Below the pieces are notes generated by a model. That model searched no databases. It had not been told where the DNA came from and saw only the letters and a list, made by a program, of their open reading frames with translations. Shown one piece after another: positions 36,811-46,880 of a stretch of DNA of 53,059 nt. A program made the translations under genes and the position numbers. Every line of letters begins with the position of its first letter. Within the stretch, counting starts at the first letter, position 1. Source of the stretch: Candidatus Doudnabacteria bacterium (lineage in GTDB: Bacteria; Patescibacteriota; Doudnabacteria; UBA920); contig CAIVSE010000033.1 of NCBI GenBank assembly GCA_903908535.1, positions 1-53,059 of the forward strand, given 5' to 3'.

Positions 36811-38535
36811 CTATTTCCAAACCCTTTTAGTCAGTATGTACCAATTGGCCGCATTTTCAAAACGGTCGCTTTCATCATACAGAATATTTAAATTGACGTT
36901 TTTAACCTGGATGCTTACCGCGTACTGGTAGAGGCTTTGGTTTAAATACAGCACGGGGTTTTGTTGGCTGATATAATTGTTTAACTGTTCATATAGGGCT
37001 TCGCGCGCGTCTGTGTTAGTGGTGGCGCGGGCCTGGTTAATGAGTTTGTCCGCATTTTGGTCGGCAAATCCGGTAAGGTTAAGCCCCGGGTCTTTCACCT
37101 GGCTGGATTGCCAAAAACTGAACGGGTCAGGGTCCGCGCCCAGCTTAATGGGGAAAATTAATGTGTCGAACTTGCGCGGGCGGATTAAATTATTGGTTAA
37201 ATCCTGGGTCGGCAAAATGGTTAAATCCACCTCCACGCCCAGGGCCCGCCAGCTGTTGGCTATTGCCTGCGCGGTTTGGGAATTAACCAAAGTATCGTTG
37301 GTGGCCAGCGAGAGTTTGAGCTGTGTACCTTTTTTGGTAAGGATTTTAGTATTTGGGTCAATGCTCCAGCCGTCTTGTGCCAAAGCCGCGGCGGCGGCGC
37401 TTGGGCTGTAACTTACGGCCTGGCCCGGCACGCCGTACGGCGCCAGGGTAAACGGCGCGCCCGGCAAGCGGGCATTGCCTTTAAAAATGCTGTCAATAAT
37501 GCTTTGGCGGTCCACGTCTTGGTTTAAGGCCCCGCGCACCGAGGCATCGGCCAAAACCGGATTGTTAAAATTGTAAAATAAAGTTTGGTATTCCGGCAGG
37601 GGGGCGGTTAAAATTTGCGTGTTTTTATTGGGTGTAAGACGCAGGCTGCTGGCCGTGGCACTAAAGCCCAGGCCTAAAATTTCGCGGCTATGCAGGGCGT
37701 TAACCAGGTCATCGCCGTTGTCATAAAATTTAACGGAAATGCTGTTTATTTTAGGCTGGCCGGCGTAGTAGCCGGCGAAGGCCTGGAGGGTAATCTGGTC
37801 AATTTTGCCGCTTTGTTCCTTTTGGATTTCACTGATTTTGTAAGGGCCGGTGCCCACGGCCTGCAGGTTATTGGTGGAGGTTAAAAAGTTTTGCGGACTG
37901 ACGTTTTGCCAGAGGTTTTTGGAAATTATGGGGATGGTCAGGTTGTAGATAAACGGCCCGGAAATGTCCTTGGTGGTAAACTTTATCTGGTAGTCGCCGA
38001 GTTTTTGCACGGTGGTGGACAGCCACAGGTCCCGCTGGGGGCTGGCGTAGTCCGGATCCTGCAGGGTCTCTATGGTGTAAACCACGTCGTCCGCGGTGAA
38101 CGGCTGGCCGTTCTGCCAGGTGACGTTTTGTTTTAAGTTGATGATATATTGTTTTTGGTCGTCGGATATTTGCGGCATGCCTTGGGCCAGGTCCGGGACC
38201 AGTTGCCCATTGCCATCATATTTATAGAGGCCGCTGAAAATTAAGTTCTCCAGGGCGAGGTCAGTTTCACTGCCGGCCAGCAGGGGATTAATGTACTGCG
38301 GCTGGCCCATCAGGCCTTCACTGTAACTGCCACCATTTCCGGGCACCGCTAAGGTGCGGGCCATATAGAAATTTCGGCCGGACCACAGCAGACTGACCGC
38401 TAAAATTGCCAGCAGGCCGCCGGCAATAATTTTTTCTCGCCGCCCCATTAAAGAAAAAACTTTCCCTAAGTGGGAAAGGCGGAAATGTTTGACGGACTCC
38501 AAATATGAGGTAAAATTTTTGAAAAAAGCAGACAC
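36811..38535 (-). CDS. ABC transporter substrate-binding protein, family 5 (peptide/nickel); GTG start inferred
   Basis: IFSGLYKYD..LVPDLA, WQNGQPFTADDVVYT, VGTGPYKI and an N-terminal TM. Confidence 0.88.
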   Translation of the reverse strand: MSAFFKNFTSYLESVKHFRLSHLGKVFSLMGRREKIIAGGLLAILAVSLLWSGRNFYMARTLAVPGNGGSYSEGLMGQPQYINPLLAGSETDLALENLIFSGLYKYDGNGQLVPDLAQGMPQISDDQKQYIINLKQNVTWQNGQPFTADDVVYTIETLQDPDYASPQRDLWLSTTVQKLGDYQIKFTTKDISGPFIYNLTIPIISKNLWQNVSPQNFLTSTNNLQAVGTGPYKISEIQKEQSGKIDQITLQAFAGYYAGQPKINSISVKFYDNGDDLVNALHSREILGLGFSATASSLRLTPNKNTQILTAPLPEYQTLFYNFNNPVLADASVRGALNQDVDRQSIIDSIFKGNARLPGAPFTLAPYGVPGQAVSYSPSAAAAALAQDGWSIDPNTKILTKKGTQLKLSLATNDTLVNSQTAQAIANSWRALGVEVDLTILPTQDLTNNLIRPRKFDTLIFPIKLGADPDPFSFWQSSQVKDPGLNLTGFADQNADKLINQARATTNTDAREALYEQLNNYISQQNPVLYLNQSLYQYAVSIQVKNVNLNILYDESDRFENAANWYILTKRVWK

Positions 38536-38542
38536 TAAAAAT

Positions 38543-38767
38543 TTACTTAATGAACAAAAAGGACATATTAACCGCCACAAACAGGATTCCTAAAACAATG
38601 GTTGCGTAAAACAGCCATTTTTCGAAGCCGCGGCGGGTTTGCACAATGTTGCCGGCGCCGCCAAACACGGTGGACAGGCCGGAAGACTTATTCTGTAAAG
38701 ATATGATGATAATCAAAATCACCATAATGATGATATCCAGGAAGCGGAACAGGGCTAAAAGGTTCAT
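38543..38767 (-). CDS. secG: Preprotein translocase subunit SecG
   Basis: Two TMs around LQNKSSGLSTVFGG..TRRGFEK. Confidence 0.9.
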   Translation of the reverse strand: MNLLALFRFLDIIIMVILIIIISLQNKSSGLSTVFGGAGNIVQTRRGFEKWLFYATIVLGILFVAVNMSFLFIK

Positions 38768-38843
38768 GGCTTTGAGAGAGGAATAATGATAGGGTCTTAA
38801 CTATTATACAGAAGATGCAGGGGGATTGTCAATATGGATGGTT

Positions 38844-40739
38844 TTACAAATTTTGTTGGATTAATTCCGCAATGCGTTCGCCCACCACTGCGGAAAGCCT
38901 GTCAAACGGCGTGGTCTTAATTTTGGCCACCGTGCCGAATTTTTGCTTCAGCAGTTTTTTGGTTTTGGGGCCAATGCCGGGGATGTTATCCAGGGCGGAT
39001 TTTACCGCTTGTTTTGACCTTAATTGGCGATGGAAAGTTATGCCAAAACGGTGAGCCTCGTCGCGCAGCCTTTGCAACAGTTGCAGGCCGGGATTGTCGT
39101 GCGGTAACACAAGCGGCTCGGGATTTCCGGGAAAGAAAATCTCCTCTATGCGTTTGGCCAAGCCGACTACAGGAAGCTTAAAATTTTTATCCTTTAAAAG
39201 ATCAACCGCGACTCCCAACTGTCCCTTGCCGCCGTCTATAACCATAAGGTCGGGGAGCGGCCAAAGAGACTTTTGATTTCCGCCTTCGCCAAGGCTATGG
39301 CGGACAGGTAAGATTTTTGATTTATCAGACCTTGCCAGCCGCCGCGCCAGCATCTCCTTCATCATGGCAAAATCATCAGGAGTTTGTTGGCCCTGGATTT
39401 TAAATTTCCGGTATTGGCTCTTGGCGGGCAGCCCTTGTTCAAACACCACCATGCTCCCAACCGGATTCGTCCCCTGGATATTGGAAATATCATAGCATTC
39501 TATGCGGTCCGGGGTTTTTGGCAGGTTCAGCTGATTTTTTAGTTCCGACAGGGCTTCATTAATTTTATCCAGATGGCCAGCCTGTGAAGAAAGCCAGTTT
39601 TTTAAATATTCCTCCGCGTTGGCCATGCCCAGCTTTTCCAGTTCCAGCGGCTTGCCTTTTTTCGGGCAAATAATTTGGATTTTTTTCTTAAATCTTTGGC
39701 GCGCGATTTGTTCTATTAACTGCGGGTTAAGACAGGGTGTTTGGGTGTAAATAATTTTGGGCAGGCCGGAGCTTTCTAAATAGTATTGTTCCAAAAAGTT
39801 CTGGATAATTTGGCATCCGTAGGCATCCGTATATCCGTACTCCATCCGTATATCCGCATTATATATAAAGTTTTCCTTGTCCTGCAATTTGCCGCGGCGG
39901 ATTTTAAATAAATTAACACAGGCGTAACCGTCCGAAGCCGCGGTGGAGACTATATCCCAGTCCACGGGTTTGGGTAAAATGGCGTTTTGGCGTTCGTCCA
40001 GTAAAGTCAGGGTCTGCAATTGGTCGCGCAGGCGGGCCGCGGTTTCAAAGTGTTTTTTTTGGGCGCAGAGCTTCATCCCTGTTTTTAGTTCCCGCCTGAT
40101 TTTGGCGGTATTGCCCGCCAAAAACCAGGAGATGCGGTCCAGTTGCAGTTGGTATTCTTCCAGGGAAATTTTGCCGATGCACACGCCCGGACAGCGGTGG
40201 AGATAATAGTAAAAGCAGGGGCGCGTGCCCACGGTTTTATTGGCGCAAAAAGGGAAAATTTTTCGCACTAAATTCAGGGTGCTGCGGATTTTGTGGGCCG
40301 CGGAATACGGTCCGAAAAATTTGTTTTTGGGGTTTTCCGCGTCGGTCTTCCGCGCGTAACCAATTTGCGGAATTTGAGTGGAGTAGTCTATTTTAATGAA
40401 GGCAAAATTTTTGTCGTCGCGCAGTAAAATATTGTACCGGGGAAGGTATTTTTTTATTAAAGTATTTTCCAAAAACAGGCTTTCCAGTTCGCTGGCCGCC
40501 ACAGTGTAGGTAACGTCCGCGGCTTCCCGCATCAAATAGGGGAGCTGGGGGCGGTCGTCATGCCCGCTAAAATACTGGCCCACGCGCGACTTTAAATTTT
40601 TGGCCTTGCCTACGTAAATAACCTCACCGTCTTTGTTCAAAAATTGGTAGACGCCGGGGAGCGCGGGAAGAGTGGAAATTTTAGATTTAAGTTTTTTATC
40701 AAACATATTATTTTTAACGATGTAGGCGAGTCTTCCCAT
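38844..40739 (-). CDS. uvrC: Excinuclease ABC subunit C (start may be 40706)
   Basis: GIY-YIG PGVYQF..IYVGKAKNL, RIECYDISN, IDGGKGQL, RDEAHRF and HhH IPGIGPK. Confidence 0.96.
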   Translation of the reverse strand: MGRLAYIVKNNMFDKKLKSKISTLPALPGVYQFLNKDGEVIYVGKAKNLKSRVGQYFSGHDDRPQLPYLMREAADVTYTVAASELESLFLENTLIKKYLPRYNILLRDDKNFAFIKIDYSTQIPQIGYARKTDAENPKNKFFGPYSAAHKIRSTLNLVRKIFPFCANKTVGTRPCFYYYLHRCPGVCIGKISLEEYQLQLDRISWFLAGNTAKIRRELKTGMKLCAQKKHFETAARLRDQLQTLTLLDERQNAILPKPVDWDIVSTAASDGYACVNLFKIRRGKLQDKENFIYNADIRMEYGYTDAYGCQIIQNFLEQYYLESSGLPKIIYTQTPCLNPQLIEQIARQRFKKKIQIICPKKGKPLELEKLGMANAEEYLKNWLSSQAGHLDKINEALSELKNQLNLPKTPDRIECYDISNIQGTNPVGSMVVFEQGLPAKSQYRKFKIQGQQTPDDFAMMKEMLARRLARSDKSKILPVRHSLGEGGNQKSLWPLPDLMVIDGGKGQLGVAVDLLKDKNFKLPVVGLAKRIEEIFFPGNPEPLVLPHDNPGLQLLQRLRDEAHRFGITFHRQLRSKQAVKSALDNIPGIGPKTKKLLKQKFGTVAKIKTTPFDRLSAVVGERIAELIQQNL

Positions 40740-40820
40740 TAGTATATATTATATAGCCTTTTTTAGGACTTGCCAAAAAATGGTTTTTAGTGTATAATAT
40801 AAAAGTACAGGAGGAATACA

Positions 40821-41216
40821 ATGAGAAATAAGAAGGATTTTATTGGCATTTTTTGCGTGTGGTTCTTGGCGGCCGTCGGTTTTTATAAAGCCATTAAGTT
40901 CGCTGTGATCCACGCACCGTATCTCTCCGCATCGGCTCTCTGCCTTTTAGTTTTGTGGGTATGGTGGGCGGCGTTCCGCTGCAGTGTTTCCACCGATTGC
41001 CAACAACAGGTAGAGGAAGAGCGTTGGCGAAGCAAGTGGGACAAATTGGAACCTGCAGACAAGCCCCTTACGTCCCATCAGCCTGGGCCGGTTCCCATAA
41101 CTTTGCGCCAAACCGAAATTTGGCGCCGGGAACTGGACCGGGACTGGCAGAAGGCTAAAGAAAAATCTGCCGCCCGCGCGGCCGGCAGAACCACCGGGAC
41201 GGTCACCAAAAGGTGA
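40821..41216 (+). CDS. Hypothetical membrane protein
   Basis: TTGCCA/TATAAT promoter, SD ggagg and two TM segments. Confidence 0.65.
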   Translation: MRNKKDFIGIFCVWFLAAVGFYKAIKFAVIHAPYLSASALCLLVLWVWWAAFRCSVSTDCQQQVEEERWRSKWDKLEPADKPLTSHQPGPVPITLRQTEIWRRELDRDWQKAKEKSAARAAGRTTGTVTKR

Positions 41217-41238
41217 TCGTCCCTTTTTTTATTGCCAA

Positions 41239-42747
41239 TTATTTTTTCCTGAAAAACCGCGGCAGGGTGAAATCTTTCAGCTTCAGCTCCTTGACCCTTT
41301 GGATAATGCTTTTGTCGTGCTCATTTAAATAGTGGCGGATTTTATTCCGGGCATTGCCGGTTTTGGCCGCTTCCAGCCAGTCGCGCGAGAGTTTAACTTC
41401 CTTTTTGCTCTTGATGATTTCCACCACGTCGCCCTTTTTTAGTTCCGCGGTCAGTTTGGCTATGCGTCCGTTAATTTTGGCGCCCATCATGTGGTAGCCT
41501 AAATCGGAGTGGACCGCAAAAGCGAAATCTATGACGCTGGCGCCCACTGGCAAATCCTTAATGTCGCCCTGCGGGGTGAAAATAAAAATGCGGTCGCGGA
41601 AAAAATCTATTTTTAAATTTTCCAAATGTTCTTTGGCGTCGCCGGGCTCGTCTGCCTGCCAGGCCTGCAGTTCCTGCAGCCAGGGCGCCCGCAAAGCCTC
41701 GCCGTTTTCCGGCTTGCCGGCTTCCGCGTAAAACCAGTGGGCGGCAATGCCGCGCTCGGCTTCCTCGTGCATTAAGTCAGTGCGGATTTGGATTTCAATA
41801 ACGTTGCCGCTTTGGTCAAACACGGTGGTGTGCAGACTTTGGTAGCCGTTGGGCTTGGGCGTGGCAATAAAATCTTTGATGCGTCCGGGTACCGGCTGGA
41901 AGTGGGAATGGATGACGCCTAAAATGGAATAGCAGTCGGCCGTGGATTTAGCGATGATGCGCACGGCGATGATGTCGTAAATTTTACTGATGTCACCGTC
42001 GTATTTTTTTAGCTTATTGTAGAGGGAATACAGGCGCTTAACCCGGCCTTTAATATCCAAATACTTAGCGCCCTCGGTGTGGAAAATGTGCCGCAGGTTC
42101 TTGACCATAGCCTTAATGTTTTCGTCGCGGCGCAACAGTTCCTGGTCCAGCAAAGTTTTGGTTTGTTCATAATCTTTGGGCAGGACAATTTTAAACGATA
42201 AGTCTTCCAGTTCGTCTTTCCAGGATCCAATGCCAAGACGGCCGGCAATGGGCGCGTAAATTTCCAGAGTTTCGGTGGCGACTTTTTTCCCTTTGTCTTC
42301 CGGTAAAAATTCTATGGTCCGCATGTTATGCAGGCGGTCGGCCAGTTTGATCATAATCACCCGCACGTCCTCGCCCGTGGCAATAAACAGCTTGCGCAGA
42401 TTTTCCAGGTAGGCGCCGTCCGAGCCTTTTTTTAGGCGGACGTGCCCCAGCTTGGTGACGCCGTCCACCAGGCGGGAAATTTCCGCGCCGAAATCTTTTT
42501 TAATGTCTTCCAGGGTAATTTTGGTGTCTTCGGAGACGTCGTGGAGCAGGGTGGCGGCCAGAGTGGTGGCGTCCGGAAAAATTTGGCCTAAAATTATTGC
42601 CGCCCCCATGGGATGGGTAAAATAGTTTTCGCCGCTTTTGCGTTTTTGGCCGGTGTGGGCCTGCCGCGACAGCTCAAAAGCACGCTTTAAAAGTTTTGTT
42701 TCTTCGGCGCTGAATTTATGGGGAATGGATTTAAGGAAATCGTCCAT
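41239..42747 (-). CDS. relA: RelA/SpoT family (p)ppGpp synthetase/hydrolase (HD, SYNTH and TGS; no ACT)
   Basis: HTGQKRKSGE, LLHDVSEDT, KLADRLHNMRT, KPNGYQSLHT and TGS DFAFAVHS. Confidence 0.88.
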   Translation of the reverse strand: MDDFLKSIPHKFSAEETKLLKRAFELSRQAHTGQKRKSGENYFTHPMGAAIILGQIFPDATTLAATLLHDVSEDTKITLEDIKKDFGAEISRLVDGVTKLGHVRLKKGSDGAYLENLRKLFIATGEDVRVIMIKLADRLHNMRTIEFLPEDKGKKVATETLEIYAPIAGRLGIGSWKDELEDLSFKIVLPKDYEQTKTLLDQELLRRDENIKAMVKNLRHIFHTEGAKYLDIKGRVKRLYSLYNKLKKYDGDISKIYDIIAVRIIAKSTADCYSILGVIHSHFQPVPGRIKDFIATPKPNGYQSLHTTVFDQSGNVIEIQIRTDLMHEEAERGIAAHWFYAEAGKPENGEALRAPWLQELQAWQADEPGDAKEHLENLKIDFFRDRIFIFTPQGDIKDLPVGASVIDFAFAVHSDLGYHMMGAKINGRIAKLTAELKKGDVVEIIKSKKEVKLSRDWLEAAKTGNARNKIRHYLNEHDKSIIQRVKELKLKDFTLPRFFRKK

Positions 42748-42838
42748 ATTGTGTATTATGACGGATTAAGGCGGAATTTACAATAAGAAAAGCCCCGTCT
42801 GCGTTAAGCAAGCGGGGCCGGCCCAAAGGCCGGAAGAG

Positions 42839-43360
42839 TCATTCCGGGAACCATATATCCAGCTGGTTCCGGAGTTTGAGGTAGAACGGGCCGGTTTCAT
42901 CAAACCGGTGGCAGAACCCTCTCATGTCGAGCTCCCGCCACAAACCGTTTATGAGGATGTGAAAAATTTGGCGCTGATCGCACACCTTCGGATAGCTTTC
43001 GCCGTCTTCGGCCATGACCAGGTCCGAGTTAACCATCCAGTTTTGGCTGCCCGCGTTGTTCCAGGCCTGGAGGATCTCGTCCAGGGAGTCTGACACGGAG
43101 CGGTCGTCGTAAACCGCAAATGTCAGGAATTCGCCGTCCGAACCTCGGGTTGAGAAGTGCTTAATTTCATAGAGCAGCTCTTCGCGCCCCAGGATGACAT
43201 AGAGGCGGAAGTCAAATTGCCTGCGGCCGTATTGGTCACGCCATAAAATGCCTCTGGCTATGGGACCCCGTAAAAGACTAAAACACAACTTCTCCGCCAA
43301 AATTTGGTGTTTGATGGCCAGCCGGGTCGGCTGGCTGACAGCTACTGCAGCCATCGCCAT
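42839..43360 (-). CDS. Hypothetical protein
   Basis: SD aaggagg before ATG (MAMAAV...). Confidence 0.6.
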   Translation of the reverse strand: MAMAAVAVSQPTRLAIKHQILAEKLCFSLLRGPIARGILWRDQYGRRQFDFRLYVILGREELLYEIKHFSTRGSDGEFLTFAVYDDRSVSDSLDEILQAWNNAGSQNWMVNSDLVMAEDGESYPKVCDQRQIFHILINGLWRELDMRGFCHRFDETGPFYLKLRNQLDIWFPE

Positions 43361-43455
43361 TGTATTGTCCTCCTTGATTGTATTGTATAACAATTGCGTT
43401 TCGGTATCAATTATTATATGATGAAAGTGTAAACCTGTCAATAGCCTTTATTTTT

Positions 43456-44382
43456 ATGCCAGAACTTCCCGAAGTCCAAACCATTGTTTCCGAATTGAAC
43501 CGGAAACTTAAAAATAAAACTATTAAATCGGCGGCAGTTAACGAGCCGAAAATGGTCAGTCTGGGGCCGCGTACCGTGAGTAACCGGCGGTCAGTTCCGG
43601 CGCGCGACGTTAAGGTGTTTATTGGTTTGCTGAAGGGGCGGATAATTCTTTCGGTCAAACGGCGGGCAAAGCTGCTGATATTTGACTTGTCCGGACAGTT
43701 AGCGATTTTAGTTCATCTTAAAATGACCGGGCAGTTTATTTTTGAGGACAAAAGATTGCGGTTGCTTACCGGCGGCAAATATAAAATGTTCAATAATCCG
43801 GGCGCGCCATTGGTGCAATTACCTGGCAAGCATACCCACGTAGTCCTTACGTTTACGGATGGGTCACATCTGTATTTTAACGATATCCGCAAGTTTGGCT
43901 ACATGAAGCTGGTGCGGGAAGATGAACTGGGTTCGGTGAAAGAATTACAGGGCTACGGGCCGGAGCCGCTGGGTAAAAAATTCACGTTTAATGTCTTTCA
44001 ATCCATTTTATCCCAAAGGCCCAAGGGAAAAATTAAGCAGGTGCTGATGGATTCTTCCCTGGTGGCCGGCATCGGCAATATTTACAGCGATGAAATTTTA
44101 TTCCATGCCAAAATCAGGCCCGCGCGGGCGGTGGCCGGCCTTACAGAAAAAGATATTAAAGCCGTCTATAAATACATCCCCTTTGTGTTAAAAAAAGCCA
44201 TTGCGGCCAAGGGCTCCAGCGTTGGCGACTTTGTCAGAAGCGACGGCAGCTGGGGGCAAATGGGCAAGTTCCATTTTGTCTACGGGCGCAAAGGCCAGCC
44301 CTGTAAAATTTGCGGGACTCCGATTGAAACAGTCAGGATGAACGGGCGCACTGGCTCGTATTGCCCGAGCTGCCAAAAATAG
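43456..44382 (+). CDS. mutM: Formamidopyrimidine-DNA glycosylase
   Basis: MPELPEV, RRAKLL, HLKMTG, GIGNIYSDEILF and a C-terminal zinc finger. Confidence 0.96.
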   Translation: MPELPEVQTIVSELNRKLKNKTIKSAAVNEPKMVSLGPRTVSNRRSVPARDVKVFIGLLKGRIILSVKRRAKLLIFDLSGQLAILVHLKMTGQFIFEDKRLRLLTGGKYKMFNNPGAPLVQLPGKHTHVVLTFTDGSHLYFNDIRKFGYMKLVREDELGSVKELQGYGPEPLGKKFTFNVFQSILSQRPKGKIKQVLMDSSLVAGIGNIYSDEILFHAKIRPARAVAGLTEKDIKAVYKYIPFVLKKAIAAKGSSVGDFVRSDGSWGQMGKFHFVYGRKGQPCKICGTPIETVRMNGRTGSYCPSCQK

Positions 44383-44383
44383 C

Positions 44384-44576
44384 GCTTTCATTTTTCCCCT
44401 GGTCCCTCGCCGACTGGCTTTTTGGGACACGCTCATGTTTCTCCAGCGGAAACACTCGCTCATAACTTTGTCCAAAAACTTTATTTTACTGCTTTAAAAT
44501 AAAGACCAAGCTTTTTGGCCAAAGTTATGGTCCCAAAAAGCCAGTTCGGCTCGGCCTAGTATGGGAAAAATGAAGC
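44384..44576 (-). repeat. ~190-nt structured intergenic repeat, copy 4
   Basis: Perfect stem actggctttttgggac/gtcccaaaaagccagt; terminal inverted repeat ttcatttttccc/gggaaaaatgaa. Confidence 0.9.
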
Positions 44577-44585
44577 AATTCAGAC

Positions 44586-44771
44586 CCCTAATTTTTTAGC
44601 AAAGACCGAGCCGTTGTTGTTTTTCGGGACCGTCAGTTGGCCCAAAAAGCCTGGTCTTTTTGACTTAAAGTCAAAAAGTTTTTGGGACAACTGCCGAAGG
44701 AGTATTTTTGCTGGGAAAATACGACTGTGTCCTGAAAAACAACACGGCGAGGGACCAGGGGAAAATGGAGG
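44586..44771 (+). repeat. ~190-nt structured intergenic repeat, copy 5 (inverted relative to adjacent copy 4)
   Basis: tgttgtttttcgggac/gtcctgaaaaacaaca stem and ccaaaaagcctggtc core. Confidence 0.88.
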
Positions 44772-44825
44772 CATGGAGGCTTTGGCGCCTTTACTCGCCA
44801 GGCCCTATTTGTTAAACTTAATTAT

Positions 44826-45314
44826 ATGGCTATCAAACTTGGCAACCAAGCTCCGGAAATTAACTTGCCGGATCAGGACGGAAAAACGCACAAACTTTCT
44901 GATTACCTCGGCCAGTGGGTTTTGGTTTATTTTTATCCCAAGGACGATACGCCGGGATGCACTGCGGAAGCCTGCAGTCTGCGCGACAACCTGCCCAAAT
45001 TCGCCAACACCGGCGCCGTGGTTTTGGGTGTCAGTACCGACAGCGTGGACAGCCACAAAAAATTCGCGGATAAGTATAAACTGCTGTTTACTTTGCTTGC
45101 AGACGAGGATAAAAAAACCGTGGCGGCCTATGGCGTGTGGCAGGAAAAAAGCATATATGGCAAAAAATATATGGGCATCGCGCGGACATCATTTTTAATC
45201 AGTCCTGCCGGCAAAATCGCCAAAATTTATGAGCAGGTCAAGCCGGAAGCCCATGCTGAAGAAGTTATTGAAGATTTGAAACAATTAAAATCCGCCAGCC
45301 GGCTGAACAAATAA
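44826..45314 (+). CDS. bcp: Thioredoxin-dependent peroxiredoxin BCP
   Basis: YFYPKDDTPGCTAEAC and GVSTDSVDSHKKF. Confidence 0.95.
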   Translation: MAIKLGNQAPEINLPDQDGKTHKLSDYLGQWVLVYFYPKDDTPGCTAEACSLRDNLPKFANTGAVVLGVSTDSVDSHKKFADKYKLLFTLLADEDKKTVAAYGVWQEKSIYGKKYMGIARTSFLISPAGKIAKIYEQVKPEAHAEEVIEDLKQLKSASRLNK

Positions 45315-45317
45315 AGT

Positions 45318-45620
45318 ATGTTTAAATTTTTTGGCGGCCCCGAGAAAACCGCCCCAATGTCCCCCGTCGAATCCGGGGAAGATAAATTAAAACGCCTGGC
45401 GGAAGAATACAGGCTGCATTTTGGGGACATAAGGGAAATAAAGATGACTGATGTGGAAGCGGCGATCCAGCATAAGATTTTGTCTGATATAAAAAGGCAA
45501 AGTTCGGATTTTGGGGCCACGACACATTTGGACATTTACCGGCTGTTAAAAAGCCATAACGTGGAAAATGTCTTGGCCGCGGAGATTGCTACAAAAATTA
45601 ACGACTTGGACAAGGCATAA
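45318..45620 (+). CDS. Hypothetical protein
   Basis: 100-aa ORF 3 nt after the bcp stop. Confidence 0.6.
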   Translation: MFKFFGGPEKTAPMSPVESGEDKLKRLAEEYRLHFGDIREIKMTDVEAAIQHKILSDIKRQSSDFGATTHLDIYRLLKSHNVENVLAAEIATKINDLDKA

Positions 45621-45662
45621 AAAAGCCTTTATCGGTCAAGGCCAATTTGTTACTATTTAATT

Positions 45663-46880
45663 ATGCCTAAAAAGTCCTGTCCTTACTGCGGCAACAATCC
45701 GGTGCCGCATTTGATCAATTGGTATTTCGAAAGTTTAAACGTGCTGTTTACGCCCATCCGCCAGCGCCTGTTTTATAACGCCCTGTCGGAAAAAATAGGG
45801 AAGATGGCCCAAAATTGGGATTTGGGCTTAAAGGCCGTGGGTTTGCTACAATCGGTAAAAATTATCACGTCCCAAAGCGACATCCATGCCTGCAAAGTCG
45901 GGCGGGCGGAAGTTTTGTGGGAAGATGCCCTTAGGCGCGACATTAATATGCAAGAATTACTGCTGTTTGGTCGGCCGTTTGATACCTACCTTGCCGAAAA
46001 AAACGGGCGGACTATTTTATTCAGCGGTTTGCCGCGGCCAAAAAATTACAGCAAGTCAGCGCTGGAAACCATGGATGACAAAATAGCGTTAAAACATAAA
46101 CTTAAGGAAATAAATTTACCGGTGCCGCGGGGCGGCGTGGCCCTTACTTTTTTACAGGCCAAAAAGATATTTAACGAAATTAGCAAGCCGGTAATAGTCA
46201 AGCCGCGCGAAGGCAGCCGCGGCCGTCACAGCACCACCCATGTTTACACTTTAGAGCAGCTGAAGAAAGCCTTTAAAGTCGCCAAGCAGTTATGTTTGTG
46301 GGTGATTGTGGAAGAACATTTAAAGGGGCCGGTTTATCGCGGTACAGTGATTAACTATAAAACCGTTGGCGTATTGCGCGGCGACGCGCCCAGGGTGACG
46401 GGAGATGGAACCCATAGTATACTCGACCTGGTCACTGCCAAAAATGCCGCGCCGCATGAACGGATAGCGGATATAAAATTAGATGACCGCGCCAAAGTTT
46501 TTTTGTCCAGGCAAAATTTAAGCTTCGGATCCATTCCTAAAAACGGCGAAGTCGTGGAGACTTCGGAGAAAATTGGCTTGAGCTATGGCGGCAGTTCCAG
46601 CGAAGATTATGACATTTGCCACCCGGATAATCTTAATATGTTTGAAGACGCGGCTAAAATAATGGGCGACCCAATTGTGGGCTTTGATTTTATTATAGAG
46701 GACATTGCCAAATCCTACAAAGAACAAAAGTGCGGATTTATAGAAGCCAATTCTTTGCCGTTTATAGATTTGCACCACCATCCGCTGCTCGGCCGGCCGC
46801 GCAATGCCGCGGCCGCGGTCTGGGATTTAGTCTTCCAAAAGGACATTGGCTCTGTCTGTGTGGAAAAATTAAGGTTTTGA
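45663..46880 (+). CDS. ATP-grasp ligase (cyanophycin synthetase N-terminal-like)
   Basis: DDK..K..L....PVPRG, VIVKPREGSRG, VEEHLKG, VGFDFI and FIEANSLP. Confidence 0.8.
   Translation: MPKKSCPYCGNNPVPHLINWYFESLNVLFTPIRQRLFYNALSEKIGKMAQNWDLGLKAVGLLQSVKIITSQSDIHACKVGRAEVLWEDALRRDINMQELLLFGRPFDTYLAEKNGRTILFSGLPRPKNYSKSALETMDDKIALKHKLKEINLPVPRGGVALTFLQAKKIFNEISKPVIVKPREGSRGRHSTTHVYTLEQLKKAFKVAKQLCLWVIVEEHLKGPVYRGTVINYKTVGVLRGDAPRVTGDGTHSILDLVTAKNAAPHERIADIKLDDRAKVFLSRQNLSFGSIPKNGEVVETSEKIGLSYGGSSSEDYDICHPDNLNMFEDAAKIMGDPIVGFDFIIEDIAKSYKEQKCGFIEANSLPFIDLHHHPLLGRPRNAAAAVWDLVFQKDIGSVCVEKLRF

Noticed and set aside
44614..45198. ORFs arising in the 190-nt repeats (also 2917..3099, 13675..13860 and 44580..44774)
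   Set aside because: Their peptide similarity only reflects the DNA repeat; frames and lengths are not conserved and some overlap real genes.
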